Of a stretch of 64,000 bases of DNA, positions 29,070 through 43,400 are shown piece by piece. This DNA comes from Eledone cirrhosa (Eukaryota). The first letter of the stretch is position 1, and the number at the start of each line of letters is the position of its first letter. The stretch covers positions 8,494,001 through 8,558,000 of the forward strand of contig OZ024741.1 in assembly GCA_964016885.1 (NCBI GenBank), in the 5' to 3' direction. The position numbers and the translations under genes were made by a program. The notes beneath the pieces are model-generated. The model saw only the letters and a program-made list of their open reading frames with translations. It did not search any database and was not told the DNA's origin.

Positions 29070-32000
29070 CTCCATGTACAACATAGTCGCAGTTTTAGTC
29101 ACATCCATGTACACCATAGTGGAGGTTTTAGACACCTCCATGTACAACATAGTCGATGTTTTAGTCACCTCCATGTACAACAGAGTGGAGGTTTTAGTCA
29201 CCTACATGAACAACATAGTCGAGGTTTTAGTCACCTCCATGTACAACATAGTCGAGGTTTTAGTCACCTCCATGTACAACATAGTCGAGGTTTTAGTCAC
29301 CTCCATGTACAACATAGTCGAGGATTTAGTCACCTCCATGTACACCATAGTGGAGGTTTTAGTCACCTCCATGTACAACATAGTCGAAGTTTTAGTCACC
29401 TCCATGTACAAGATAGTCGAGATTTTAGTCACCTCCATGTACAACATAGTCGAGGTTTTAGTCACCTCCATGTACAACATAGTCAAGGATTTAGTCACCT
29501 CCATGTACAACATAGTGGAGGTTTTAGTCACCTCCATGTACAACATAGTCGAGGTTTTAGTCACCTCCATGTACACCATAGTGGAGGTTTTAGTCACCTC
29601 CATGTACAACATAGTCGAAGTTTTAGTCACCACCATGTACAAGATAGTCGAGGTTTTAGACACCTCCATGTACAACATAGTCGAGGTTTTAGTCACCTCC
29701 ATGTACACCATAGTGGAGGTTTAGTCACCTCCATGTACAACATAGTTGAGGTTTTAGTCACCTCCATGTACAACATAGTCGAGGTTTTTGTCACCTCCAT
29801 GTACAACATAGTCGAGGTTTTAGTCACCTACATGAACAACATAGAAGAGGTTTTAGTCACCCCCATGTACAATATAGTGGAGGTTTTAGTCACCTCCATG
29901 TACGACATAGTGGAGGATTTAGTCACCTCCATGTACAACATAGTCGAGGTTTTAGTCACCTCCATGTACAACATAGTCGAGGCTTTAGTCACCTCCATGT
30001 ACAACATAGTCGAGGTTTTAGTCAACTCCATGTACAACATAGTCGAGGTTTTAGTCACCTCCATGTACAACATATGTGAGGTTTTAGTCACCTCCATGTA
30101 CAACATAGTCGAGGTCTTAGTCACCTCCATGTACAACATAGTGGAGATTTTAGTCACCTCCATGTACACCATAGTGGAGGTTTCAGTCACCTCCGTGTAC
30201 ACCATAGTCGAGGTTTTAGTCACCTCCATGTACAACATAGTCGAGGTTTTAGTCACCTCCATGTACAACATAGTGGAGGTTTTAGTCACCTCCATGTACA
30301 CCATAGTCGAGGTTTTAGTCACCTCCATGTACAACATAGTCGAGGTTTTAGTCACTTCTATGTACAACATAGTCGACGTTTTCGTCACCTCCATGTACAA
30401 CGTAGTCGAAGTTTTAGTCACCTCCATGTACACCATAGTGGAGGTTTTAGTCACCTCCAGGTACACCATAGTCGAGGTTTTAGTCACCTCCATGTACAAC
30501 AAAGAGGAGGTTTTAGTCACTTTCATGTACAACATAGTCGAGGTTTTAGTCACCTCCATGTACAACATAGTCGAGGTTTTAGTCACCTCCGTGTACAACA
30601 TAGTGGAGGTTTTAGTCACCTCCGTGTAAACCATAGTGGAGTTTTAGTCACCTCCATGTACAACATAGTGGAGGTTTTAGTCACCTCCATGTACAATATA
30701 GTCGAGGTTTTAGTCACCTCCATGTACAACATAGTCGAGGTTTTAGTCACCTCCATGTACAACATAGTGGAGGTTTTAATCACCTCCATGTACAGCATAG
30801 GCGAGGTTTTAGTCACCTCCATGTACAACAAAGAGGAGGTTTTAGTCACTTCCATGTACAACATAGTGGAGGTTTTAGTCACCTCCGTGTAAACCATAGT
30901 GGAGCTTTTAGTCACCTCCATGTACAACATAGTAGAGGTTTTAGTCACCTCCATGTACAACATAGTCGAGGTTTTAGTCACGTCCGTGTACACCATAGTG
31001 GAGCTTTTAGTCACCTCCATATATAACATAGTCGAGGTTTTAGTCACCTCCATGTACACCATAGTTTGGGTTTTAGTCACCTCCATGTACACCATAGTGG
31101 AGGTTTTAGTCACCTCCATGTACAACATAGTCGAGGTTTTAGTCACCTCCATGTACAACATAGTCGAGGTTTTAGTCACCTCTATATATAAAAAATAGTC
31201 GAGGTTTTAGTCACCTCCATGTACAACAAAGTGGAGGTTTTAGTCACCTCCATGTACAACATAGTCGAGGTTTTAGTCACCTCTAAGTACAACATAGTCG
31301 AGGTTTCAGTCACCTCCGTGTACAATATAGTTGAGGATTTAGTCACCTCCGTGTACACCATAGTGGAGTTTTTAGTCACCTCCATATACAACATAGTCGC
31401 AGTTTTAGTCACATCCATGTACACCATAGTGGAGTCTTTAGACACCTCCATGTACAACATAGTCGATGTTTTAGTCAGCTCCATGTACAACAGAGTGGAG
31501 GTTTATGTCACCTACAAGAACAACATAGTCGAGGTTTTAGTCACCTCCATGTACAACATAGTCGAGGTTTGAGTCACCTCCATGTACAACATAGTGGAGG
31601 TTTTAGTCACCTCCATGTACAACATAGTCGAGGTTTTAGTCACCTCCATGTACAACATAGTGGAGGTTTTAGTCACCTCCATGTACACCATAGTGGAGGT
31701 TTTAGTCACCTCCATGTACAACATAGTCGAAGTTTTAGTCACCTCCATGTACAACATAGTCGAGGTTTTAGTCACCTCCATGTACAACATAGTCGAGGTT
31801 TTAGTCACCTCCATGTACAACATAGTCGAGCTTTTAGTCACCTCCATGTACAACATAGTGGAGGTTTTTGTCATTTCTATGTACAACATAGTTGAGGTTT
31901 TAGTCACCACCATGTACACCATAGTGGAGGTTTTAGTCACCTCCATGTACAACATAGTCGAGGTTTTAGTCACCTCCATGTACAACATAGTCGAGGTTTT

Positions 32001-35000
32001 AGTCAACACCATGTACAACATAGTTGAGGTTTTAGAGACCTCCATGTACAACATAGTCGAGATTTTAGTCACCTCCATGTACAACATAGTGGAGGTTTTA
32101 GTCACCTCTATGTACAACATAGTCGAGGTTTTAGTCACCTCCATGTACAACATAGTGGAGGTTTTAGTCACCTCCATGTACAACATAGTCGAGGTTTTAG
32201 TCACCTCCATGTACAACATAGTCGAGGTTTTAATCACCTACATGTACAACATTGTCGAGGTTTTAGTCACATCCATGTACAACATAGTCGAGGTTTTAGT
32301 CACCTCTATGTACAACATAGTCGACGTTTTAGTCACCTCCATGTACAACGTAGTCGAGGTTTTAGTCACCTCCATGTACAACATAGTCGAGGTTTTAATC
32401 ACCTCCATGTACAACATAGTGGAGGTTTTAGTCACCTCCATATACACCATAGTGGAGGTTTTAGTCACCTCCATGTACAACGTAGAGCAGGTTTTAATCA
32501 CCTCATTGTACACCTTAGTCGAGGTTTTAGTCACCTCCATGTACAACATAGTCGACGTTTTACTCACCTCCATGTACAACATAGTGGAGGTTTTAGTCAC
32601 CTCCGTGTACTCCATAGTGGAGCTTTTAGTCACCTCCATATATAACATAGTCGAGGTTTTAGTCACCTCCATGTACACCATAGTTTGGGTTTTAGTCACC
32701 TCCATGTACAACATAGTCGATGTTTTAGTCACCTCCATGTACAACATAGTCGCAGTTTTAGTCACATCCATGTACACCATAGTGGAGGTTTTAGTCACCT
32801 CCATGTACAACATAGTCGATGTTTTAGTCACCTCCATGTACAACAGAGTCGAGGTGTTAGTGACCTCTATGTACAACATAGTCAAGGTTTTAATCACCTC
32901 CATGTACACCATAGTGGAGGTTTTAGTCAGCTCCATGTACAACATAGTCGAGGTTTTAGTCACCTCTATGTCCAACGTAATCGAGGTTTTAGTCACCTCC
33001 ATGTACAACATAGTCGAGGTTTTAGTCACCTCTATGTACAACATAGTCGAGATTTTAGTCACCTCCGTGTACAACATAGTTGAGGGTTTAGTGACCTCCG
33101 TGTACACCATAGTGGAGCTTTTAGTCACCTCCATATACAACACAGTCGAGGTTTTAGTCACCTCCATGTACACCATAGTTTGAGGTTTTAGTCACCTCCA
33201 TGTACAAGATAGTCGAGGTTTAGTCACCTCCATGTACAACATAGTGGAGGTTTTAGTCACCTCCAGGTACACCATAGTCGAGGTTTTAGTCACCTCCATG
33301 TACAACAAAGAGGAGGTTTTAGTCACTTTCATGTACAACATAGTCGAGGTTTTAGTCACCTCCATGTACAACATAGTCGAGGTTTTAGTCACCTCCATGT
33401 ACACCATAGTTTGAGGTTTTAGTCACCTCCATATACAAGATAGTCGAGGTTTAGTCACCTCCATGTACAACATAGTGGAGGTTTTAGTCACCTCCATGTA
33501 CACCATAGTCGAGGTTTTAGTCACCTCCATGTACAACATAGTCGAGGTTTTAGTCACCTCTATGTACAACATAGTCGACGTTTTCGTCACCTCCATGTAC
33601 AACGTAGTCGAAGTTTTAGTCACCTCCATGTACACCATAGTGGAGGTTTTAGTCACCTCCAGGTACACCATAGTCGAGGTTTTAGTCACCTCCATGTACA
33701 ACAAAGAGGAGGTTTTAGTCACTTTCATGTACAACATAGTCGAGGTTTTAGTCACCTCCATGTACAACATAGTCGAGGTTTTAGTCACCTCCGTGTACAA
33801 CATAGTGGAGGTTTTAGTCACCTCCGTGTAAACCATAGTGGAGCTTTTAGTCACCTCCATGTACAACATAGTGGAGGTTTTAGTCACCTCCATGTACAAT
33901 ATAGTCGAGGTTTTAGTCACCTCCTTGTACAACATAGTCGAGGTTTTAGTCACCTCCATCTACAACATAGTGGAGGTTTTAATCACCTCCATGTACAGCA
34001 TAGGCGAGGTTTTAGTCACCTCCATGTACAACAAAGAGGAGGTTTTAGTCACTTCCATGTACAACATAGTGGAGGTTTTAGTCACCTCCGTGTAAACCAT
34101 AGTGGAGCTTTTAGTCACCTCCATGTACAACATAGTAGAGGTTTTAGTCACCTCCATGTACAACATAGTCGAGGTTTTAGTCACCTCCGTGTACACCATA
34201 GTGGAGCTTTTAGTCACCTCCATATATAACATAGTCGAGGTTTTAGTCACCTCCATGTACACCATAGTTTGGGTTTTAGTCACCTCCATGTACACCATAG
34301 TGGAGGTTTTAGTCACCTCCATGTACAACATAGTCGAGGTTTTAGTCACCTCCATGTACAACATAGTCGAGGTTTTAGTCACCTCTATATATAAAAAATA
34401 GTCGAGGTTTTAGTCACCTCCATGTACAACAAAGTGGAGGTTTTAGTCACCTCCATGTACAACATAGTGGAGGTTTTAGTCACCTCCATGTACACCATAG
34501 TGGAGGTTTTAGTCACCTCCATGTACAACATAGTCGAGGTTTTAGTCACCTCTAAGTACAACATAGTCGAGGTTTCAGTCACCTCCTTGTACAATATAGT
34601 TGAGGATTTAGTCACCTCCGTGTACACCATAGTGGAGTTTTTAGTCACCTCCATATACAACATAATCGCAGTTTTAGTCACATCCATGTACACCATAGTG
34701 GAGGCTTTAGACACCTCCATGTACAACATAGTCGATGTTTTAGTCAGCTCCATGTACAACAGAGTGGAGGTTTTAGTCACCTACAAGAACAACATAGTCG
34801 AGGTTTTAGTCACCTCCATGTACAACATAGTCGAGGTTTGAGTCACCTCCATGTACAACATAGTGGAGGTTTTAGTCACCTCCATGTACAACATAGTCGA
34901 GGTTTTAGTCACCTCCATGTACAACATAGTGGAGGTTTTAGTCACCTCCATGTACACCATAGTGGAGGTTTTAGTCACCTCCATGTACAACATAGTCGAA

Positions 35001-37460
35001 GTTTTAGTCACCTCCATGTACAAGATAGTCGAGATTTTAGTCACCTCCATGTACAACATCGTCGAGGTTTTAGTCACCTCCATGTGCAACATAGTCAAGG
35101 TTTTAGTCACCTCCATGTACAACATAGTCGACGTTTTACTCACCTCCATGTACAACATAGTGGAGGTTTTAGTCACCTCCGTGTACACCATAGTGGAGCT
35201 TTTAGTCACCTCCATATATAACATAGTCGAGGTTTTAGTCACCTCCATGTACACCATAGTTTGGGTTTTAGTCACCTCCATGTACAACATAGTCGATGTT
35301 TTAGTCACCTCCATGTACAACATAGTCGCAGTTTTAGTCACATCCATGTACACCATAGTGGAGGTTTTAGTCACCTCCATGTACAACATAGTCGATGTTT
35401 TAGTCACCTCCATGTACAACAGAGTCGAGGTGTTAGTGACCTCTATGTACAACATAGTCAAGGTTTTAATCACCTCCATGTACACCATAGTGGAGGTTTT
35501 AGTCACCTCCATGTACAACATAGTCGAGGTTTTAGTCACCTCTATGTCCAACGTAATCGAGGTTTTAGTCACCTCCATGTACAACATAGTCGAGGTTTTA
35601 GTCACCTCTATGTACAACATAGTCGAGATTTTAGTCACCTCCGTGTACAACATAGTTGAGGGTTTAGTGACCTCCGTGTACACCATAGTGGAGCTTTTAG
35701 TCACCTCCATATACAACATAGTCGAGGTTTTAGTCACCTCCATGTACACCATAGTTTGAGGTTTTAGTCACCTCCATGTACAAGATAGTCGAGGTTTAGT
35801 CACCTCCATGTACAACATAGTCGCGGTTTTAGTCACCTCCATGTACACCATAGTCGAGGTTTTAGTCACCTCCATGTACAACATAGTCGAGGTTTGAGTC
35901 ACCTCCATGTACAACATAGTCGAGGTTTTAGTCAACTCCATGTACAACATAGTCGAGGTTTTAGTCACCTCCATGTACAACATATGTGAGGTTTTAGTCA
36001 CCTCCATGTACAACATAGTCGAGGTTTTAGTCACCTCCATGTACAACATAGTGGAGGTTTTAGTCACCTCCATGTACACCATAATGGAGGTTTCAGTCAC
36101 CTCCGTGTACACCATAGTCGAGGTTTTAGTCACCTCCATGTACAACATAGTCGATGTTTTAGTCACCTCCATGTACAACATAGTGGAGGTTTTAGTCACC
36201 TCCATGTACACCATAGTCGAGGTTTTAGTCACCTCCATGTACAACATAGAGGAGGTTTTAATCACCTCATTGTACACCATAGTCGAGGTTTTAGTCACCT
36301 CCATGTACAACATAGTCGAGGTTTTAGACACCTCAAGGTACAACATAGTGGAGGTTTTAGTCACCTCCATGTACAACATAGTCGAGGTTTTAGTCACCTC
36401 CATGTACAACATAGTCGACGTTTTACTCACCTCCATGTACAACATAGTCGACGTTTTACTCACCTCCATGTACAACATAGTCGATATTTTAGTCACCTCC
36501 TTATACAACATAGTCGAGGTTTTAGTCACCTCCATGTACACTATAGTGCAGGTTTTAGTCACCTCCATGTACAACATAGTCGAGGTTTTACTCAATACCA
36601 TGTACACCATAATGGAGGTTTTAGTCACCTCAATATACAACATAGTCGAGGTTTTAGTCACCTCTATGTACAACGTAGTCGAGGTTTTAGTCACCTCCAT
36701 GTACAACATAGTCGTGGTTTTAGTCACCTCTATATATAAAAAATAGTCGAGGTTTTAGTCACCTCTATGTACAACATAGTCGCGGTTTCAGTCACCTCCG
36801 TGTACAACATAGTGGAAGTTTTAGTCACCTCCGTGTAAACCATAGTGGAGCTTTTAGTCACCTCCATGTACAACAAAGTGGAGGTTTTAGTCACCTCCAT
36901 GTACAACATAGTCGAGGTTTTAGTCAGCTCTATGTACAGCGTAGTCGAGGTTTTAGTCACCTCCATGTACAACATAGTCGAGGTTTTAGTCACCTCTAAG
37001 TACTACATAGTCGAGGTTTCAGTCACCTCCGTGTACAATATAGTTGAGGATTTAGTCACCTCCGTGTACACCATAGTGGAGTTTTTAGTCACCTCCATAT
37101 ACAACATAGTCGAGGTTTTAGTCACCTCCATGTACACCATAGTTTGGGTTTTAGTCACCTCCATGTACAACATAGTCGCAGTTTTAGTCACATCCATGTA
37201 CACCATAGTGGAGGTTTTAGACACCTCCATGTACAACATAGTCGATGTTTTAGTCACCTCCATGTACAACAGAGTGGAGGTTTTAGTCAACTACATGAAC
37301 AACATATTCGAGGTTTTAGTCACCTCCATGTACAACATAGTCGAGGTTTTAGTCACCTCCATGTACACCATAGTGGAGGTTTTAGTCACCTCCATGTACA
37401 ACATAGTCGAAGTTTTAGTCACCTCCATGTACAAGATAGTCGAGATTTTAGTCACCTCCA
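29070..37460. repeat. Dispersed, internally deleted copy of the block at about 12170-21050 (offset about 16.4-16.9 kb)
   Basis: ORF pairs 12298/29202 (16904), 12924/29828 (16904), 16353/33192 (16839) and 19358/35768 (16410), with the variant monomers in the same order. Confidence 0.83.
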
Positions 37461-40400
37461 TGTACAACATAGTCGAGGTTTTAGACACCTCAAGGAACAA
37501 CATATTCGAGGTTTTAGTCACCTCCATGTACAACATAGTCGAGGTTTTAGTCACCTCCATGTACAACATAGTCGACGTTTTACTCACCTCCATGTACAAC
37601 ATAGTCGATATTTTAGTCACCTCCATGTACAACATAGTCGAGGTTTTAGTCACCTCCATGTACACCATAGTGGAGGTTTTAGTCACCTCCATGTACAACA
37701 TAGTCGAGGTTTTACTCACCTCCATGTACACCATAGTGGAGGTTTTAATCACCTCCATATACAACATAGTCGAGGTTTTAGTCACCTCTATGTACAACGT
37801 AGTCGAGGTTTTAGTCACCTCCATGTACAACATAATCGAGGTTTTAGTCACCTCTATATATAAAAAATAGTCGAGGTTTTAGTCACCTCCATGTACAACA
37901 TAGTCGAGGTTTTAGTCACCTCCATGTACAACATAGTCGAGGTTTTAATCACCTCCATGTACACCATAGTCGAGGTTTTAGTCACCTCCATGTACAACAT
38001 AGTCGAGGTTTTAGTCACCTCTATGTACAACATAGTCGACGTTTTAGTCACCTCCATGTACAACGTAGTCGAGGTTTTAGTCACCTCCATGTACAACATA
38101 GTCGAGGTTTTAATCACCTCCATGTACAACATAGTGGAGGTTTTAGTCACCTCCATATACACCATAGTGGAGGTTTTAGTCACCTCCATGTACAACGTAG
38201 AGGAGGTTTTAATCACCTCATTGTACACCATAGTCGAGGTTTTAGTCACCTCCTTGTACAACATAGTCGAGGTTTTAGACACCTCAAGGTACAACATAGT
38301 GGAGGTTTTAGTCACCTCCATGTACAACATAGTCGAGGTTTTAGTCACCTCCATGTACAACATAGTCGACGTTTTACTCACCTCCATGTACAACATAGTC
38401 GATATTTTAGTCACCTCCATGTACAACATAGTCGAGGTTTTAGTCACCTCCATGTACACCATAGTGGAGGTTTTAGTCACCTCCATGTACAACATAGTCG
38501 AGGTTTTACTCACCTCCATGTACACCATAGTGGAGGTTTTAGTCACCTCCATATACAACATAGTCGAGGTTTTATTCACCTCTATATACAACGTAGTCGA
38601 GGTTTTAGTCACCTCCATGTACAACATAGTCGATGTTTTAGTCACCTCTATATATAAAAAATAGTCGAGGTTTTAGTCACCTCTATGTACAAGATAGTCG
38701 AGATTTTAGTCACCTCCATGTACAACATCGTCGAGGTTTTAGTCACCTCCATGTACAACATAGTCGAGGTTTTAGTCACCTCCATGTACACCATAGTGGA
38801 GGTTTTAGTCACCTCCATGTACAACATAGTCGAAGTTTTAGTCACCTCCATGTACAAGATAGTCGAGGTTTTAGTCACCTCCATTAACAACATAGTCAAG
38901 GTTTTAGTCACCTCCATGTACAACATAGTCGAGGTTTTAGTCACCTCCATGTACACCATAGTGGAGGTTTTAGTCGCCTCCATGTACAACATAGTCGAGG
39001 TTTTAGTCAACTCCATGTACAACATAGTGCAGGTTTTAGTCAGCTCCATGTACAAAATAGTCGAGGTTTTAGTCACCTCCATGTACACCATAGTGGAGGT
39101 TTTAGTCACCTCCATGTACAACATAGTCGAGGTTTTAGTCACCTCCATGTACAACATAGTCGAGGTTTTAGTCACCTCCATGTACACCATAGTGGAGGTT
39201 TAGTCACCTCCATGTACAACATAGTCGAGGTTTTAGTCACCTCCATGTACAACATAGTCGAGGTTTTTGTCACCTCCATGTACAACATAGTCGAGGTTTT
39301 AGTCACCTACATGAACAACATAGTCGAGGTTTTAGTCACCCCCATGTACAATATAGTGGAGGTTTTAGTCACACCCATGTACGACATAGTCGAGGTTTTA
39401 GTCACCTCCATGTACAACATAGTCGAGGTTTTAGTCACCTCCATGTACAACATAGTCGAGGTTTTAGTCACCTCCATGTACAACATAGTCGAGGTTTTAG
39501 TCAACTCCATGTACAACATAGTCGAGGTTTTAGTCACCTCCATGTACAACATATGTGAGGTTTTAGTCACCTCCATGTACAACATAGTCGAGGTTTTAGT
39601 CACCTCCATGTACACCATAGTGGAGGTTTTAGTTACCTCCATGTACACCATAGTGGAGGTTTCAGTCACCTCCGTGTACACCATAGTGGCGGTTTTAGTC
39701 ACCTCCATGTACAACATAGTCGACGTTTTCGTCACCTCCATGTACAACGTAGTCGAAGTTTTAGTCACCTCCATGTACAACATAGTCGAGGTTTTAATCA
39801 CCTCCATGTACACCATAGTGGAGGTTTTAGTCACCTCCATTTACACCATAGTCGAGGTTTTAGTCACCTCCATGTACAACAAAGAGGAGGTTTTAGTCAC
39901 TTTCATGTACAACATAGTCGAGGTTTTAGTCACCTCCATGTACAACATAGTCGAGGTTTTAGTCACCTCCGTGTAAAACATAGTGGAGGTTTTAGTCACC
40001 TCCGTGTGAACCATAGTGGAGCTTTTAGTCACCTCCATGTACAACATAGTGGAGGTTTTAGTCACCTCCATGTACAATATAGTCGAGGTTTTAGTCACCT
40101 CCATGTACAACATAGTCGAGGTTTTAGTCACCTCCATGTACAACATAGTGGAGGTTTTAATCACCTCCATGTACACCATAGGCGAGGTTTTAGTCACCTC
40201 CATGTACAACAAAGAGGAGGTTTTAGTCACTTCCATGTACAACATAGTGGAGGTTTTAGTCACCTCCGTGTAAACCATAGTGGAGCTTTTAGTCACCTCC
40301 ATGTACAACATAGTAGAGGTTTTAGTCACCTCCATGTACAACATAGTCGAGGTTTTAGTCACCTCCGTGTACACCATAGTGGAGCTTTTAGTCACCTCCA

Positions 40401-43400
40401 TATATAACATAGTCGAGGTTTTAGTCACCTCCATGTACACCATAGTTTGGGTTTTAGTCACCTCCATGTACACCATAGTGGAGGTTTTAGTCATCTCCAT
40501 GTACAACATAGAGGAGGTTTTAATCACCTCATTGTACACCATAGTCGAGGTTTTAGTCACCTCCATGTACAACATAGTCGAGGTTTTAGACACCTCAAGG
40601 TACAACATAGTGGAGGTTTTAGTCACCTACATGTACAACATAGTCGAGGTTTTAGTCACCTCCATGTACAACATAGTCGACGTTTTACTCACCTCCATGT
40701 ACAACATAGTCGATATTTTAGTCACCTCCATGTACAACATAGTCGAGGTTTTAGTCACCTCCATGTACACCATAGTGGAGGTTTTAGTCACCTCCATGTA
40801 CAATATAGTCGAGGTTTTACTCACCTCCATGTACACCATAGTGGAGGTTTTAATCAGCTCCATATACAACATAGTCGAGGTTTTAGTCACCTCTATGTAC
40901 AACGTAGTCGAGGTTTTAGTCACCTCAATGTACAACATAGTCGAGGTTTTAGTCACCTCTATATATAAAAAATAGTCGAGGTTTTAGTCACCTCCATGTA
41001 CAACATAGTCGAGGTTTTAGTCACCTCCATGTACAACATAGTCGAGGTTTTAATCACCTCCATGTGCACCATAGTCGAGGTTTTAGTCACCTCCATGTAC
41101 AACATAGTCGAGGTTTTAGTCACCTCTATGTACAACATAGTCGACGTTTTAGTCACCTCCATGTACAACGTAGTCGAGGTTTTAGTCACCTCCATGTACA
41201 ACATAGTCGAGGTTTTAATCACCTCCATGTACAACATAGTGGAGGTTTTAGTCACCTCCATATACACCATAGTGGAGGTTTTAGTCACCTCCATGTACAA
41301 CGTAGAGGAGGTTTTAATCACCTCATTGTACACCATAGTCGAGGTTTTAGTCACCTCCATGTACAACATAGTCGAGGTTTTAGACACCTCAAGGTACAAC
41401 ATAGTGGAGGTTTTAGTCACCTCCATGTACAACATAGTCGAGGTTTTAGTCACCTCCATGTACACCATAGTGGAGGTTTAGTCACCTCCATGTACGACAT
41501 AGTCGAGGTTTTAGTCACCTCCATGTACAACATAGTCGAGGTTTTTGTCACCTCCATGTACAACATAGTTGAGGTTTTAGTCACCTACATGAACAACATA
41601 GTCGAGGTTTTAGTCACCCCCATGTACAATATAGTGGAGGTTTTAGTCACCCCCATGTACGACATAGTCGAGGTTTTAGTCACCTCCATGTACAACATAG
41701 TCGAGGTTTTAGTCACCTCCATGTACAACATAGTCGAGGTTTCAGTCACCTCCATGTACAACATAGTCGAGGTTTTAGTCAAATCCATGTACAACATAGT
41801 CGAGGTTTTAGTCACCTCCATGTACGACATATGTGAGGTTTTAGTCACCTCCATGTACAACATAGTCGAGGTTTTAGTCACCTCCATGTACAACATAGTG
41901 GAGGTTTTAGTCACCTCCATGTACACCATAGTGGAGGTTTCAGTCACCTCCGTGTACACCATAGTGGCGGTTTTAGTCACCTCCATGTACAACATAGTCG
42001 ACGTTTTCGTCACCTCCATGTACAACGTAGTCGAAGTTTTAGTCACCTCCATGTACAACATAGTCGAGGTTTTAATCACCTCCATGTACACCATAGTGGA
42101 GGTTTTAGTCACCTCCATGTACACCATAGTCGAGGTTTTAGTCACCTCCATGTACAACAAAGAGGAGGTTTTAGTCACTTTCATGTACAACATAGTCGAG
42201 GTTTTAGTCACCTCCATGTACAACATAGTTGAGGTTTTAGTCACCTCCGTGTACAACATAGTGGAGGTTTTAATCACCTCCATATACAACATAGTCGAGG
42301 TTTTAGTCACCTCTATGTACAACGTAGTCGAGGTTTTAGTCACCTCCATGTACAACATAGTCGAGGTTTTAGTCAGCTCTATATATCAAAAATAGTCGAG
42401 GTTTTAGTCACCTCTATGTACAACATAGTCGACGTTTTAGTCACCTCCATGTACAACATAGTCGAGGTTTTAATCACCTCCATGTACAACATAGTGGAGG
42501 TTTTAGTCACCTCCATATACACCATAGTGGAGGTTTTAGTCACCTCCATGTACAATGTAGAGGAGGTTTTAATCACCTCATTGTACACCATAGTCGAGGT
42601 TTTAGTCACCTCCATGTACAACATAGTCGAGGTTTTAGACACCTCAAGGTACAACATAGCGGAGGTTTTAGTCACCTCCATGTACAACATAGTCGAGGTT
42701 TTAGTCACCTCCATGTACAACATAGTCGACGTTTTACTCACCTCCATGTACAACATAGTCGATATTTTAGTCACCTCCATGTACAACATAGTCGAGGTTT
42801 TAGTCACCTCCATGTACACCATAGTGGAGGTTTTAGTCACCTCCATGTACAACATAGTCGAGGTTTTACTCACCTCCATGTACACCATAGTGGAGGTTTT
42901 AGTCACCTCCATATACAACATAGTCGAGGTTTTATTCACCTCTATATACAACGTAGTCGAGGTTTTAGTCACCTCCATGTACAACATAGTCGAGGTTTTA
43001 GTCACCTCTATATATAAAAAATAGTCGAGGTTTTAGTCACCTCTATGTACAAGATAGTCGAGATTTTAGTCACCTCCATGTACAACATCGTCGAGGTTTT
43101 AGTCACCTCCATGTACAACATAGTCGAGGTTTTAGTCACCTCCATGTACACCATAGTGGAGGTTTTAGTCACCTCCATGTACAACATAGTCGACGTTTTA
43201 GTCACCTCCATGTACAAGATAGTTGAGGTTTTAGTCACCTCCATTAACAACATAGTCAAGGTGTAAGTCACCTCCATGTACAACATAGTCGAGGTTTTAG
43301 TCACCTCCATGTACACCATAGTGGAAGTTTTAGTCGCCTCCATGTACAACATAGTCGAGGTTTTAGTCACCTCCATGTACACCATAGTGGAGGTTTTAGT

